DNA of 64,000 nt from a virus. Taxonomy: Duplodnaviria; Caudoviricetes. Shown piece by piece: positions 52,394 to 62,850 of the stretch. The notes below the pieces were generated by a model that worked only from the letters and a program-made list of their open reading frames with translations, was not told where the DNA came from and did not search any database. The translations under genes and the position numbers were made by a program. Position 1 is the stretch's first letter; each line of letters starts with the position of its first letter. Where the stretch lies: the IMG/VR virus record IMGVR_UViG_3300031853_000035, positions 2,575 through 66,574 of that record; one strand, given 5' to 3'.

Positions 52394-55300
52394 ATGAATC
52401 GTTCTACTGGTCAGGTTGTTGACTCGAAAATCGTTGAGCTCGTATTTAACAACGAGTCTTTCGAGAAAAACGCGGCCACGAGTTTGAAAACCCTCGATAA
52501 ATTAAAGGGGAGTCTGAACTTTGATGGCGCGACTAAAGGATTTGACAACATAGATAAGGCTGCCAAAAAGGTCTCCTTCGTATCTATTCATTCTGGCCTA
52601 GACGCGCTTGAGCGTAGATTTTCTACATTTGGAATTGTTGGTGCCACCATTATCACTGACATTACAAGAAAAGTAGAAGGTTTGATTGGAAATACGCTTT
52701 CGAAGGTTACATCTCTTCCGAGAAACGCTTGGAACATTATAACTCAGGGCGGTAAGAAAAGAGCGTTCGGTATCGAAAACTCAAGATTTATGCTTCAGGG
52801 CTTGTTTCCGGATGATCTTGAAGAAGTTGAGAGAATCATGGCAGATGCTATGGATTCGGTTGACGGAACCGCATATGCATTTGACTCTGCTGCACAGGCA
52901 GCGTCGCAGTTTGCAGCGTCTGGCCTTAAGTCTGGTGAGCAGCTTCAGAAAGCGATGAAGGGTATCACCGGTGTGGCCGCTATGACTAACTCGGAATACG
53001 AAAGTATTTCACAGATTTTTACAACGGTTGCCGGCAACGGAAGACTTATGGGCGATCAGCTTTTGCAGTTGTCGTCACGTGGTCTTAATGCTGCGTCAAC
53101 TATGGCACAGTTCTTTAACGACATAAAAAACGGATCGGAAAACGTTGCTAACGTTTCCGAAGAGGTAAAAAAGAAAGTTAAAGAGCTTGCAAAAACGACA
53201 ACTGTTACAGAGGCAGACATCCGTGATTTCGTGAGTAAGAGTAAGATTTCGTTTGACATTTTCTCTGAAGCTATGTCAAGCGCATTCGGTGAGCATGCAA
53301 AGAAAGCAAATAAGACGTTTGAAGGCTCGTTTGCTAATATGCAGGCCGCTCTTAAAAAGATAGGCGCTAAGTTCTACACCCCGCTTATTGAACAGGAAGG
53401 TCCGCTTGTCGATCTTTTTAATGCAACCAGAGAAAAGATCAATGAGATAAATAGAGCAATCGATCCTCTTGTTAACTCTCTTTCTGGCGGCGTTATTAAG
53501 GGGATTGAAACCATTACCAATCTAGTAAAGAGCTTCGATTTTCAAAATAGCGGGTTTAAACAGTTCTTTGATTCGTTTAGCCTTACAAATAAGGTGAGCC
53601 AGAAAGATTGGGACAAGTTTGCTAACGCTGGTTTTGCATCAGATGCGTATCTTAAGAATCTTCGTAAACGTGCAACAGAGCACGGCATAGTCATCGCTAA
53701 GATCCTTTCAGATGAAGAATGGCTCAACTACGCGCTTGATCATCAGATGCTTACGATTAGTGATCTTAAAGATGCGTTTACCGGTTTTACTACAATGGAA
53801 ACCGGAGCGATCAAGGTCAATGAGTCTTTAAAGAAGTCCATAGAAGAAAAAATGGGCGAGCAGGGCATGCAGGAATACTTTACGAAGATCGAAGAGCTTT
53901 CAAAGAAGTATTCTAGGAAAGATCTTATGAGCATTGTGTTTGGAAATGGTGCTTATGAGGAGGGTGCAAAAGACCTTGAAGAGACTTTGGACTCAATGCT
54001 TAAGTATTTAGGGTTGTCCCAAGAGTCTGGTGAGGACTTAAAAGGCGTTCTTATGTCGATGGGGCATTTTGCCGAGAGTACGACAAAAGATTTGACAGAA
54101 ATGTCAAGAGAAGAACTTAGGCAGCTTGGCTATTCAGGCAAACAAATTAGGCGGATCAGAGAACTTGCAAATGAAGGCAAAAACGCGGACGAGATTTTTA
54201 AAGATCTCGGTATCGACACCATGTCTGGTGGAGATCATTTCATAAACGCAATAGGTAATATTACCAGTACGTTCACTAGTCTTCTTGGCATGATTGGTGA
54301 TGGATGGGCTGCGATCTTTCCAGATACCGAGTCTGGTACGTTTTTCAAGTTCCTGAAAGGGTTTGACGACGCCACGACAAAGATCAGGGAGTTTGTCGAA
54401 AACTCTGATAAGCTGCCTAACGTTTTTAGCGGTGTCGCAGCTGTGTTTGACATAGCAGTTCAGGGCGTTACTGGATTTGGCAAAGGTCTCATGAGCATCG
54501 GAGGAGGGCTCTTAAAAGGTCTTAATATAGATCTTGTCGGGCTTGCCAGTGGGGTCTCCGATGTTGTTCAAAATTTCAGAAATTGGATTACTAATAGCAA
54601 TCTTATTGAGAGTGTCACCACTAATTTAGGAAAGGTGTTTACTGGCGTAGGGACCGTCGTTAGAGAATGGCTTGATTCATTCACTCAAATTCCTGTTGTA
54701 AAACAGAATATTGAGCGTTTTAGAGGCGCATTTAAGACATTTTTCTCAAATGTTGGTGGTTTTGTTCTTAAGGGACGGGATAAATTTGACGGTTTCATAA
54801 AGAAAGTTGAGGGCCTTGACGGAGTACACCTTGATAACTTTATGGATGTTCTTGGCATGCTTAAGGAGGGATTCCTTGAATATATTTCGGAGTTTAAAGG
54901 TTTCGACACGCTAAAAACTGCTTTTTCAGATGCTTGGAATTCGATCGTTGAGGCCGCGAAAGGATATGGAGTCGACCTTTCCTTCGTAACTAACGGTTTT
55001 AACTTTATGAAAAACGCAGCTATGAAAGCGTTTAACAGCATTAAAACTACTGGCGGCAAAGCGTTTAAGAACATCACGACGTTTGGCTCCGCGTTCTCCA
55101 AAACATTTTTAAAGTCTGTCGGAGGCATTCAAGAAAAGTTTACTCCGTTTTTAGACAGCGCAAAACAGAAAGTCTCTGACTTTCTAGCGAATGTCACAAA
55201 TCTTGGTGGGTTTAAGTTTTCCAATATCGCTGAGATTTTTAGATCCCTTCGCAGTACAATAATTGGTTACTTTTCTGATAATGATATTTTTGGAACTATA

Positions 55301-58300
55301 AAAGAATCGTTTAGTAATTTCTGGGAAAACGTTAGGACTGAGCTTAGCGCTTCTGACACAGACTTAAATTGGCTTGTTGACATTTTCGAAGGCTTTGGCA
55401 AAGCTGCGTCTGGTACTTTTAAGGTTGTCACGGATGCCGCGGTAGCAGGCAGTAGCGCTATAGGAAAACTATTTGATAAGGTTAAGAATAGCACTATCGT
55501 TCAAAACGCACTTCAGCGATTCGGCAAAGCATTTGATACTATTTGGAACAATGGCGGCGAGTTTGTGCAAGAGCTCTGGGTAAAGGTTAGAACCTTTGCC
55601 AGCGATCTTGGGGCAAATGGTGGGGTCACGTTTGAAAACATCAAGTCGTTTGGCCAAATGCTTTTGGATAGCCTTGTAAACTTTGAAGGTTTCCAAGATC
55701 TTGGAGATGCTATAGATGGTCTTTGGGGAGATGTTAAGGTAAGTCTTGGCAATGTTGGTATTGACGTCGATGCCGTAGCACAAGGCATCAGTGATGTTAT
55801 CGAAAAGGTTTGGGAAACCATAAAAGGACTTGAGTGGCCTGATGAGCTTTCGGAGATTCCTGTATTTATTGACGATATTGTGCGGTCTGTGCAGGACTTT
55901 ACGCTTCCAGAAACGTTTACCAAGCTATTTGGTAAGATCGACGAGGCTAAAGGATCTGCCGAAGAGGTTCTGGTTGGTATTGGTGCTCCGGCAGAAGACC
56001 CAAATAAGGAAGTTACAATCTTTGACACCGTTAAGATGATATTTGGCAAAATAGTAGATCTTGCTAGCTGGGCTAAAGATCATTTGGCTATTGTGCTTGC
56101 TGGCGCTATCGTATTTAAAGGCTTTAAAAGTATTATTAGTACAATATCGACGATTAAAGATCTTCTTGATGAAAAAGTGTCTTCGATGAAGGCAACAAAC
56201 TTCGAGAAAAGAGGTCTTGGCCTTTTAGCGATTGCTGGTGCTATCTGGGTGGTTGTCGATGCCGTTAATAAGATACAAAACATGCTTCTTAATGACACTG
56301 ATGAATCGGCTCTTGATGAGGCTATTGGAAAGTTTGGTCGAATCATTGCAATGCTTGCTGGTCTTGTTGCGCTTCTTAGTTTTAAGGGTGAACTTAATCT
56401 CGGAGTCGCAAAAGTCGGATATGAAAGTAGCGCGGCGGCGATTTGGGGCGTGGTTGGCATTGTTGCAGCGATTGGTTTGGTTCTTGGTGGACTCCTTGCT
56501 GAAGAAACATTATTTGACTTCGATGGCTCTAGGCTTGACAAAATTGTAGATAATGTAACAACGGTTATCAACTGGATTGCTGGTCTTACCGTAGTATTGG
56601 GTCTATTTGGACCTGGCATTATCACGTCTTTAGCAACACAGCTTCCGCTTATTATTGGTTCACTTTCCGCTATAGCTCCGCAGATAACGTCGCTTGTGGC
56701 GACCGTTGTAATAATAGCGATGGTGATTGGCGTGCTTGACGAGTCTTTGTCGGCATTCACTGGCGGAAAATACACGGTATCCGGCATTGTATCAAAGGGC
56801 TTTGAGGCCATAGGAGATATACTCTCAACAATATCTGAAGGTATTGGTAAAATACTTGGAGCCCTTGTAAGTGGCGCGTTTGAGCAGAATCTGCAGGGAC
56901 TTTCTGATTCATTGAACAATATTAAGAATATTGTAGATACGGCTAAAGGCGATGGTATTTCCACTTTGAAGTTTTCAGATTTCAATGGTCTTGCGAACGC
57001 AGTCGCTGCGTTGCTTCTTATTACGACGGCAATTGATTTTGTTGGTCTTATTCAGGCTCTTCCGAGCGCCGGATTCCAAATTCTTATGGGAAAAACTGCT
57101 GTTGAAGCCCTGGCTAAAGACATAGAAGATCTCGCGGGAGCGATAGCTAAGTGGAACGAGATATTGCCGGAAGAAGGTGATGAACTTCTTAAAGTTGATG
57201 CCGCGGGACTTGATACGCTTAGCGGGGAAATAGCTAAAATTAATGGTGAAGGACTATCTAAAGCAATCGATCAGGTTGTTAAAAATTGGATAGACCCAGA
57301 AGACAAGACGTTCGTTCAGTCCTGGGCTGACGACCTTGAAGCTCTGGCTCTTGCGCTTTTAAAGTGGAACATCATAATGGGTTATGCTGGCGATATTGTG
57401 ATTGACGGCGCCGCTATTACTGCTATTACGGAAGCTGTAAATAACATAACCAAAACCGGCGGTCTCATTGAAGGATTTAAGAATTTTGTTTTTGGAGAGA
57501 CTGATAGCGAAGCGTTTACAACAAATGTTGGATATCTTGCCACAGCGTTAAACGCATTTAATAATGAGCTTGATGAAGGCGTTGATACGGCAAAACTTTC
57601 GTTAGCGTCTAAAGCATTAAATTCTTTAGCGTCTATCGCCTATAATATGGCCGGAGTTACTGATGCATTTACTACGGTTAAATGGTTTAGTGGTGCACTT
57701 ACCGGTAAAGACGGTTTTGCAAGTGCGCTCAATAGCTTTGTGGCAGAGGTTGGTGATAACATTGATGAAGTTATTAAACTTGGTGACGCTACATCGAAAC
57801 TTTCTGGTGTCTTTGTTTCTTTAAACACAATCTTCAAAGGCGACATTATGGACGACGAACAAGTTACGGCCTTTGAGACCAATGTGACTAAAATCGTCGG
57901 CGTTATCGATGGGCTTGATAGTCTTAAAACATCCGGTGTTAGCAAGTTCACTGGCGCATTATCTGATATTGGCGATGCCGCAGTTCCGGATCTTAGTGAT
58001 ACGGCTGACAAAATAGCGGAGCAAGGATCAAAGGCCACAAGCGAAATGGCGTCTAACATGGACTCGTCTGCTGTAACAACGGCAATGAGCGGAGTTATGG
58101 ACGACGCTTTAAATACTGTTAAAGGCGTGCGTGGATTTACTACGGCCGGTTTCGAGATCGTTGAACAGATTGCTAGAGGCATTAGCTCGAACAGGGACGC
58201 AGAGACGGCAATTGGAATGGTCGCTTCTGGTGCGGCATCAACACTTGGTGGATACTACGGATCTTTCTATGACTCTGGTGCATATGTAACGCTTGGTTTT

Positions 58301-58897
58301 TCAAGTGGTATCTACTCGCAGATGTTGCAGGTTATGGCGGCGGCGCAAGCCATTGCACAAGCTGCTGTTAATAAGATTAAAACGATTATTAAGCAGGGCT
58401 CGCCGGCAAAGGTTACCATAGAATCTGGTAATTTCTTCGGCGAAGGTTTTGCCATAGGAATCGCAAATCAGGTGGCAAATGTAGAGTCTGCGTCTGAGAG
58501 TATTGGTGAAGCAGCCAAGAGAGGGCTTAATACGGCAATTTCCGGGATTAATGCTGCTTTAACTGGAGACATCGACGCGGCTCCGGTAATTAGACCAGTC
58601 CTTGATCTTAGCGAAATTCAAAATGGCGCTGGAAACATTGCAGGACTTCTTACTGCTATGGGTCCAATTGATCCTTTTGGCAACTTCGGAGCTATTGGGT
58701 CTGCTGTAGATGCAAGGCGTCAGGCAGCATCTCTTGAAGATGTTGTCAGCGCACTTGGACAGGTTGAACGCTCTACCTCTAATATTAGAGGCGGAGATAC
58801 CTATAATGTAAACGGCATTACTTACGACGACGGCAGTAATATCACCGACGCCATAAGGGTGCTTACACATGCTGTTTTGACTGAAAGGAGGCGGTAA
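52394..58897 (+). CDS. Tape measure protein
   Basis: About 2170 aa, helical and amphipathic; tape-measure domain near SVDGTAYAFDSAAQAASQFAASG; start could also be 52367. Confidence 0.92.
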   Translation: MNRSTGQVVDSKIVELVFNNESFEKNAATSLKTLDKLKGSLNFDGATKGFDNIDKAAKKVSFVSIHSGLDALERRFSTFGIVGATIITDITRKVEGLIGNTLSKVTSLPRNAWNIITQGGKKRAFGIENSRFMLQGLFPDDLEEVERIMADAMDSVDGTAYAFDSAAQAASQFAASGLKSGEQLQKAMKGITGVAAMTNSEYESISQIFTTVAGNGRLMGDQLLQLSSRGLNAASTMAQFFNDIKNGSENVANVSEEVKKKVKELAKTTTVTEADIRDFVSKSKISFDIFSEAMSSAFGEHAKKANKTFEGSFANMQAALKKIGAKFYTPLIEQEGPLVDLFNATREKINEINRAIDPLVNSLSGGVIKGIETITNLVKSFDFQNSGFKQFFDSFSLTNKVSQKDWDKFANAGFASDAYLKNLRKRATEHGIVIAKILSDEEWLNYALDHQMLTISDLKDAFTGFTTMETGAIKVNESLKKSIEEKMGEQGMQEYFTKIEELSKKYSRKDLMSIVFGNGAYEEGAKDLEETLDSMLKYLGLSQESGEDLKGVLMSMGHFAESTTKDLTEMSREELRQLGYSGKQIRRIRELANEGKNADEIFKDLGIDTMSGGDHFINAIGNITSTFTSLLGMIGDGWAAIFPDTESGTFFKFLKGFDDATTKIREFVENSDKLPNVFSGVAAVFDIAVQGVTGFGKGLMSIGGGLLKGLNIDLVGLASGVSDVVQNFRNWITNSNLIESVTTNLGKVFTGVGTVVREWLDSFTQIPVVKQNIERFRGAFKTFFSNVGGFVLKGRDKFDGFIKKVEGLDGVHLDNFMDVLGMLKEGFLEYISEFKGFDTLKTAFSDAWNSIVEAAKGYGVDLSFVTNGFNFMKNAAMKAFNSIKTTGGKAFKNITTFGSAFSKTFLKSVGGIQEKFTPFLDSAKQKVSDFLANVTNLGGFKFSNIAEIFRSLRSTIIGYFSDNDIFGTIKESFSNFWENVRTELSASDTDLNWLVDIFEGFGKAASGTFKVVTDAAVAGSSAIGKLFDKVKNSTIVQNALQRFGKAFDTIWNNGGEFVQELWVKVRTFASDLGANGGVTFENIKSFGQMLLDSLVNFEGFQDLGDAIDGLWGDVKVSLGNVGIDVDAVAQGISDVIEKVWETIKGLEWPDELSEIPVFIDDIVRSVQDFTLPETFTKLFGKIDEAKGSAEEVLVGIGAPAEDPNKEVTIFDTVKMIFGKIVDLASWAKDHLAIVLAGAIVFKGFKSIISTISTIKDLLDEKVSSMKATNFEKRGLGLLAIAGAIWVVVDAVNKIQNMLLNDTDESALDEAIGKFGRIIAMLAGLVALLSFKGELNLGVAKVGYESSAAAIWGVVGIVAAIGLVLGGLLAEETLFDFDGSRLDKIVDNVTTVINWIAGLTVVLGLFGPGIITSLATQLPLIIGSLSAIAPQITSLVATVVIIAMVIGVLDESLSAFTGGKYTVSGIVSKGFEAIGDILSTISEGIGKILGALVSGAFEQNLQGLSDSLNNIKNIVDTAKGDGISTLKFSDFNGLANAVAALLLITTAIDFVGLIQALPSAGFQILMGKTAVEALAKDIEDLAGAIAKWNEILPEEGDELLKVDAAGLDTLSGEIAKINGEGLSKAIDQVVKNWIDPEDKTFVQSWADDLEALALALLKWNIIMGYAGDIVIDGAAITAITEAVNNITKTGGLIEGFKNFVFGETDSEAFTTNVGYLATALNAFNNELDEGVDTAKLSLASKALNSLASIAYNMAGVTDAFTTVKWFSGALTGKDGFASALNSFVAEVGDNIDEVIKLGDATSKLSGVFVSLNTIFKGDIMDDEQVTAFETNVTKIVGVIDGLDSLKTSGVSKFTGALSDIGDAAVPDLSDTADKIAEQGSKATSEMASNMDSSAVTTAMSGVMDDALNTVKGVRGFTTAGFEIVEQIARGISSNRDAETAIGMVASGAASTLGGYYGSFYDSGAYVTLGFSSGIYSQMLQVMAAAQAIAQAAVNKIKTIIKQGSPAKVTIESGNFFGEGFAIGIANQVANVESASESIGEAAKRGLNTAISGINAALTGDIDAAPVIRPVLDLSEIQNGAGNIAGLLTAMGPIDPFGNFGAIGSAVDARRQAASLEDVVSALGQVERSTSNIRGGDTYNVNGITYDDGSNITDAIRVLTHAVLTERRR

Positions 58898-58900
58898 ATC

Positions 58901-61375
58901 GTGGGAACAAATGCGAAGTCGAAGTATGCAGTAACAAACCTTAAGATTCACAACTTAGACGGCGTTGAAAACACGGTTTACGCCAGATGGAATGCGTTCA
59001 ATAACAGCAAACATAACAGCCACTTTGACAAGTATGAGGTTATTTGGAGGTATAATACTGGGCAGGGCGTTTGGTTTGAAGGCTCCACTTCGTCTATTTC
59101 TGAGAGGACGACCGGTGGTGCTCTCTACCAAACGTCCCAGTATTCGCTACCTGCTAATGCCCTGAAAGTTAAGGTGACTGTAAAAGTTGTATCTAAGTAC
59201 AAGACGAAGAGCAACGGACAGCAGACAAAAGAATTATGGTTTAACGGCGGAACTACTTCAAGCGATCCGTTTGATACGCCAGGGCATCCAAAGCTTGCTG
59301 TTCCTGAAACACCAACCGTCACCATCGAAAACAACAAGTTAACCGCAACAATTGACAACTACGATAATACTGGCAATCTTTCTACGCCAGAAAAGATCCA
59401 GTTTGAAATTGTTAAAGACGACGTGATGATTTATGGCGCCATTCAGTCAGCAAACCTTATCGTGTCTACTGGGCATGCTGGCATTGCCGATATTAAAGTT
59501 GAAGATAGCGCAAAGTATAAGGTCAGAGCAAGAGCCGTAGGCAGAGTCGGAAAAGCTAATAATGTAGAGTCTGACTGGTCCTCATATTCATCAAACGTTG
59601 ATTCTTCTCTTGGGCAGGTTAGCGCAGCGCCAGCGGTTGAAGCACTTACGCCGTCATCGGTTAGCTTAACATGGCCGGCTGTTACAGGGGCGTTTAATTA
59701 CGAAATTCAGTATGTAAAGGATAGCGAAGAGTATTTTGTAACTAATCCTTCAGCCATTCAATCGTCAAAACCGGATGGGCGAAATACTGAAACCAAGCGA
59801 ATCATAACGGATCTTGATAACAGCGGCGGCGTAACTTATTACTTTAGGGTAAGAGCTTGCGGCGAAAACGACGATCAGAATGGTCAATGGTCTGCTAGCG
59901 GTATGGGTATAGCAGGGACAAAGCCCGAACCGCCAACGACATGGACTTATACGTCGGCTGTAAAACAAAAGGAAGATGTCATCCTAAACTGGATTCATAA
60001 CAGCGAGGATGGGTCTACGCAAAAAGCCGCTAAAATCAAAATAACGATAAATGGCGTATCAAACGTCATCGAGATACCTGATGAAACGTCTTCCTATACG
60101 TTTCCGACCGATGATCTGGCAGACTCTACAAAGGTTAAATGGGCTGTCTCTACAAAAGGAGCGGTTGCAGAGTATAGTGATTACTCAACTGAGAGAGAGT
60201 TTACTGTCTACGAGCCGCCGATCATTACACGGGGGATTTACGATGACTTTGATTGGTTCTGGAATTACTTAGACTTTGATACTGGTAGCATATACAATAC
60301 GCCGGGTCTTGGCGAAAGCTTTACCAGTAACATTACGTCTTTCCCGTTTGAGCTGTACGCCATAGTAACGCCTCTAACGCAAAACGCAGTGTCAATGTTT
60401 GTAACGATTACGGCCAATAGTGGCTACGAGATAGTTGACGAGACAGGCGTTCAGCGTCAGATATTTGCTGGTGATGAAGTGTTCTCATCATACTTTTCAC
60501 CGGTTGATAACGAGATCTTTAAGGTATTTGAGCCGTTTGATCTTGATCTTGAGAGCGGCGTGGAGTATACAATAACGATTTCTGCAGCCATGGGATCTGG
60601 TTTAGAGGCAACAGTTAGCGATACGTTTACCGTTTCCTGGGAAGACGTTATGTATAATCCAAACGCCGAGTATGTGATTGATGAGAGTAACTATGCGTGT
60701 TATATTAGGCCCTTTGTTCTTGCCGATGAAGACGGCGAGGAAGAGGAATACTTTAACGCCTGGCTATCTGTTTATAGAAGAGAGTATGATGGAAGGTTTA
60801 CCGAAATCGCTTCCCGGCTTGATGCTAATCAGATGCTTACAGTAACTGATCCGCATCCATCTCTTGACTATGCAAGATATAGGATAGTTGCGGTCGATCG
60901 ATCAACCGGAGCAATAACATATGAAGACATCTCGCCAATTCCAGTTGGAGGGAATGAAATCATCATCCAATGGAACGAAAACTGGATCGGGTATACGAAT
61001 GAATATGCCGATGCACCAGATCCTCTTAACGCTCCTCAGCAGGGCTCAATTCTAAGGCTTCCTTACAACATTGACGTTTCTGTTGATAATAAACCTGACG
61101 TTGCACTTGTTGAGTACATAGGCCGGAGTGATCCTGTAAGTTACTATGGCACCCAGCGAGGCGAAACGACACGGTGGACGACTGATATTCCAAAGAGTGA
61201 CTATGAAACACTTTTCCAGATCAGGCGTCTGGCCGCTTATATGGGGGACGTATATGTTAGGGAGCCGTCTGGTCTTGGATACTGGGCTAATATTACCGTA
61301 TCATATAATATTCAGCATACAAAACCGGTTATTCCGGTAACATTTCGCATTACAAGAGTGAATGGAGGGATGTAA
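58901..61375 (+). CDS. Distal tail protein with fibronectin type III domains
   Basis: YKVRARAV, VSLTWPAVTGAFNYEIQY, YYFRVRAC; follows the tape measure gene. Confidence 0.8.
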   Translation: MGTNAKSKYAVTNLKIHNLDGVENTVYARWNAFNNSKHNSHFDKYEVIWRYNTGQGVWFEGSTSSISERTTGGALYQTSQYSLPANALKVKVTVKVVSKYKTKSNGQQTKELWFNGGTTSSDPFDTPGHPKLAVPETPTVTIENNKLTATIDNYDNTGNLSTPEKIQFEIVKDDVMIYGAIQSANLIVSTGHAGIADIKVEDSAKYKVRARAVGRVGKANNVESDWSSYSSNVDSSLGQVSAAPAVEALTPSSVSLTWPAVTGAFNYEIQYVKDSEEYFVTNPSAIQSSKPDGRNTETKRIITDLDNSGGVTYYFRVRACGENDDQNGQWSASGMGIAGTKPEPPTTWTYTSAVKQKEDVILNWIHNSEDGSTQKAAKIKITINGVSNVIEIPDETSSYTFPTDDLADSTKVKWAVSTKGAVAEYSDYSTEREFTVYEPPIITRGIYDDFDWFWNYLDFDTGSIYNTPGLGESFTSNITSFPFELYAIVTPLTQNAVSMFVTITANSGYEIVDETGVQRQIFAGDEVFSSYFSPVDNEIFKVFEPFDLDLESGVEYTITISAAMGSGLEATVSDTFTVSWEDVMYNPNAEYVIDESNYACYIRPFVLADEDGEEEEYFNAWLSVYRREYDGRFTEIASRLDANQMLTVTDPHPSLDYARYRIVAVDRSTGAITYEDISPIPVGGNEIIIQWNENWIGYTNEYADAPDPLNAPQQGSILRLPYNIDVSVDNKPDVALVEYIGRSDPVSYYGTQRGETTRWTTDIPKSDYETLFQIRRLAAYMGDVYVREPSGLGYWANITVSYNIQHTKPVIPVTFRITRVNGGM

Positions 61376-61376
61376 A

Positions 61377-62441
61377 ATGCCGGACTGGACACGGTCTATG
61401 AAACAGACATTCGAGTACAGCATTGTTGATCCCGCAACGTGGAGGGACAAGGAGCGGATTGATAACATTGAAAGCTGTGCTATTACGCGCGATTTAGAGT
61501 CGGATACGTTAGGATCCGCTTCACTTACCTCTTTTGACGATTACTCAGATAAATACATTAGATGCCGCCTTGTAACGGAGCAGGACGGACGAATTGAAAA
61601 GACGGTGCTTGGTACTCATTTGTATCAGTCACCGTCTACTTCTTATAGAGCAAGAAGACAGTCATCATCTCAGGATGGCTATACGTCGCTTATTGAACTT
61701 ACTGAGAAGATGCCATCTTACGGATATTCGCTAGCTAAAAGCACCGATATTATGGGTATGGCGGCTAGCATTATCGAGGAGCAGGCAAGAGCACCGGTGG
61801 TTAGAGCGGATTCTAGCGATCAGCTGTTTGATATTTTTGTATCTAATACGGACGATACCTGGCTTACTTTCTTAACGGATCTTATTGGGAACGCCAACTA
61901 CGACTTTGCGCTAGATCCAATGGGACAGATTCTCTTTGCAAAGAGACAAAACATAAACGGCCTTAACCCCGTATGGACTTATAACGACGATAACTCATCG
62001 ATCCTCTATCCTGATATTTCAATTGCTAGGGACCTTTACGGCGTACCGAACGTTGTTGAAGTGATTTACTCAAGCCCTGAGCGGATTACGCCGCTTATTG
62101 CAACGGCAGAAAACACCGACCCGGCATCTCCAGTATCCATTCCAAATAGAGGCAGAAGAGTAGTCGTTAGGGAAACCAGTCCTAACATCGTAGAAGGGGC
62201 GAAGAAAGAGCAGATAGAAGAGTACGCTAAGAATAGACTTAAAGAGCTATCGTCTCTTGAATATACCATCACTTATAAACACGGATACTGCCCAGTACAG
62301 CTTGGGGATTGCGTTATGCTAAATTACAAGCTTGGAAACCTGTCAGGCGTTAAAGCTAAGGTTATACGTCAGGTTATATCTTGCGAGAGCGGATGCTCTG
62401 TAGAAGAAACTGCCGTATATTCAAAGCAGTTATGGGGGTGA
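61377..62441 (+). CDS. Baseplate hub / tail-associated protein
   Basis: Position; ITRDLESDTLGSASL...VQLGDCVML. Confidence 0.65.
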   Translation: MPDWTRSMKQTFEYSIVDPATWRDKERIDNIESCAITRDLESDTLGSASLTSFDDYSDKYIRCRLVTEQDGRIEKTVLGTHLYQSPSTSYRARRQSSSQDGYTSLIELTEKMPSYGYSLAKSTDIMGMAASIIEEQARAPVVRADSSDQLFDIFVSNTDDTWLTFLTDLIGNANYDFALDPMGQILFAKRQNINGLNPVWTYNDDNSSILYPDISIARDLYGVPNVVEVIYSSPERITPLIATAENTDPASPVSIPNRGRRVVVRETSPNIVEGAKKEQIEEYAKNRLKELSSLEYTITYKHGYCPVQLGDCVMLNYKLGNLSGVKAKVIRQVISCESGCSVEETAVYSKQLWG

Positions 62442-62444
62442 TGT

Positions 62445-62837
62445 ATGGAATTTTCACAGTCTATGCTCATGGACTTTGCCAAAACGGTAAAGCAAGACCA
62501 AAGAGCCGGTGATGTCACTCTCATGGGGAACGTGGTTAACGTAATCGATTCCGAAACGGCAGCGGTTCGAATAGATGGTGCTACGTCTGATACGTTAGCT
62601 TATATTGCGACCGGTGTAGATGTTGGCAATAGGGTCGGCGTTCTAATTAAAAACCACAAAGCAATTATTACATCAAACCTTTCATCTACGGCGTCTCCTG
62701 GGACGGTTACTAACTATAATAATCTGACCAATAAGCCGTCCATTGAAGGCGTTACACTAGAAGGAAACAAAACATTCGAGGAGCTAAACTTGGAGAACAT
62801 AACGAACTCTGAGCTCGAAAGTATGCTTACTTTATGA
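62445..62837 (+). CDS. Tail tip / spike-like protein
   Basis: VRIDG...GNRVGVLIKNHKAII; NYNNLTNKPSIEGVTLEGNK fibre-like motif. Confidence 0.55.
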   Translation: MEFSQSMLMDFAKTVKQDQRAGDVTLMGNVVNVIDSETAAVRIDGATSDTLAYIATGVDVGNRVGVLIKNHKAIITSNLSSTASPGTVTNYNNLTNKPSIEGVTLEGNKTFEELNLENITNSELESMLTL

Positions 62838-62850
62838 AAGGATGAATTCT

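Noticed and set aside
47218-58182. Long minus-strand ORFs opposite the capsid, tail and tape-measure genes (e.g. 47956..48819, 56080..56985)
   Set aside because: Antisense shadows of well-supported + strand genes; no RBS or recognisable motifs
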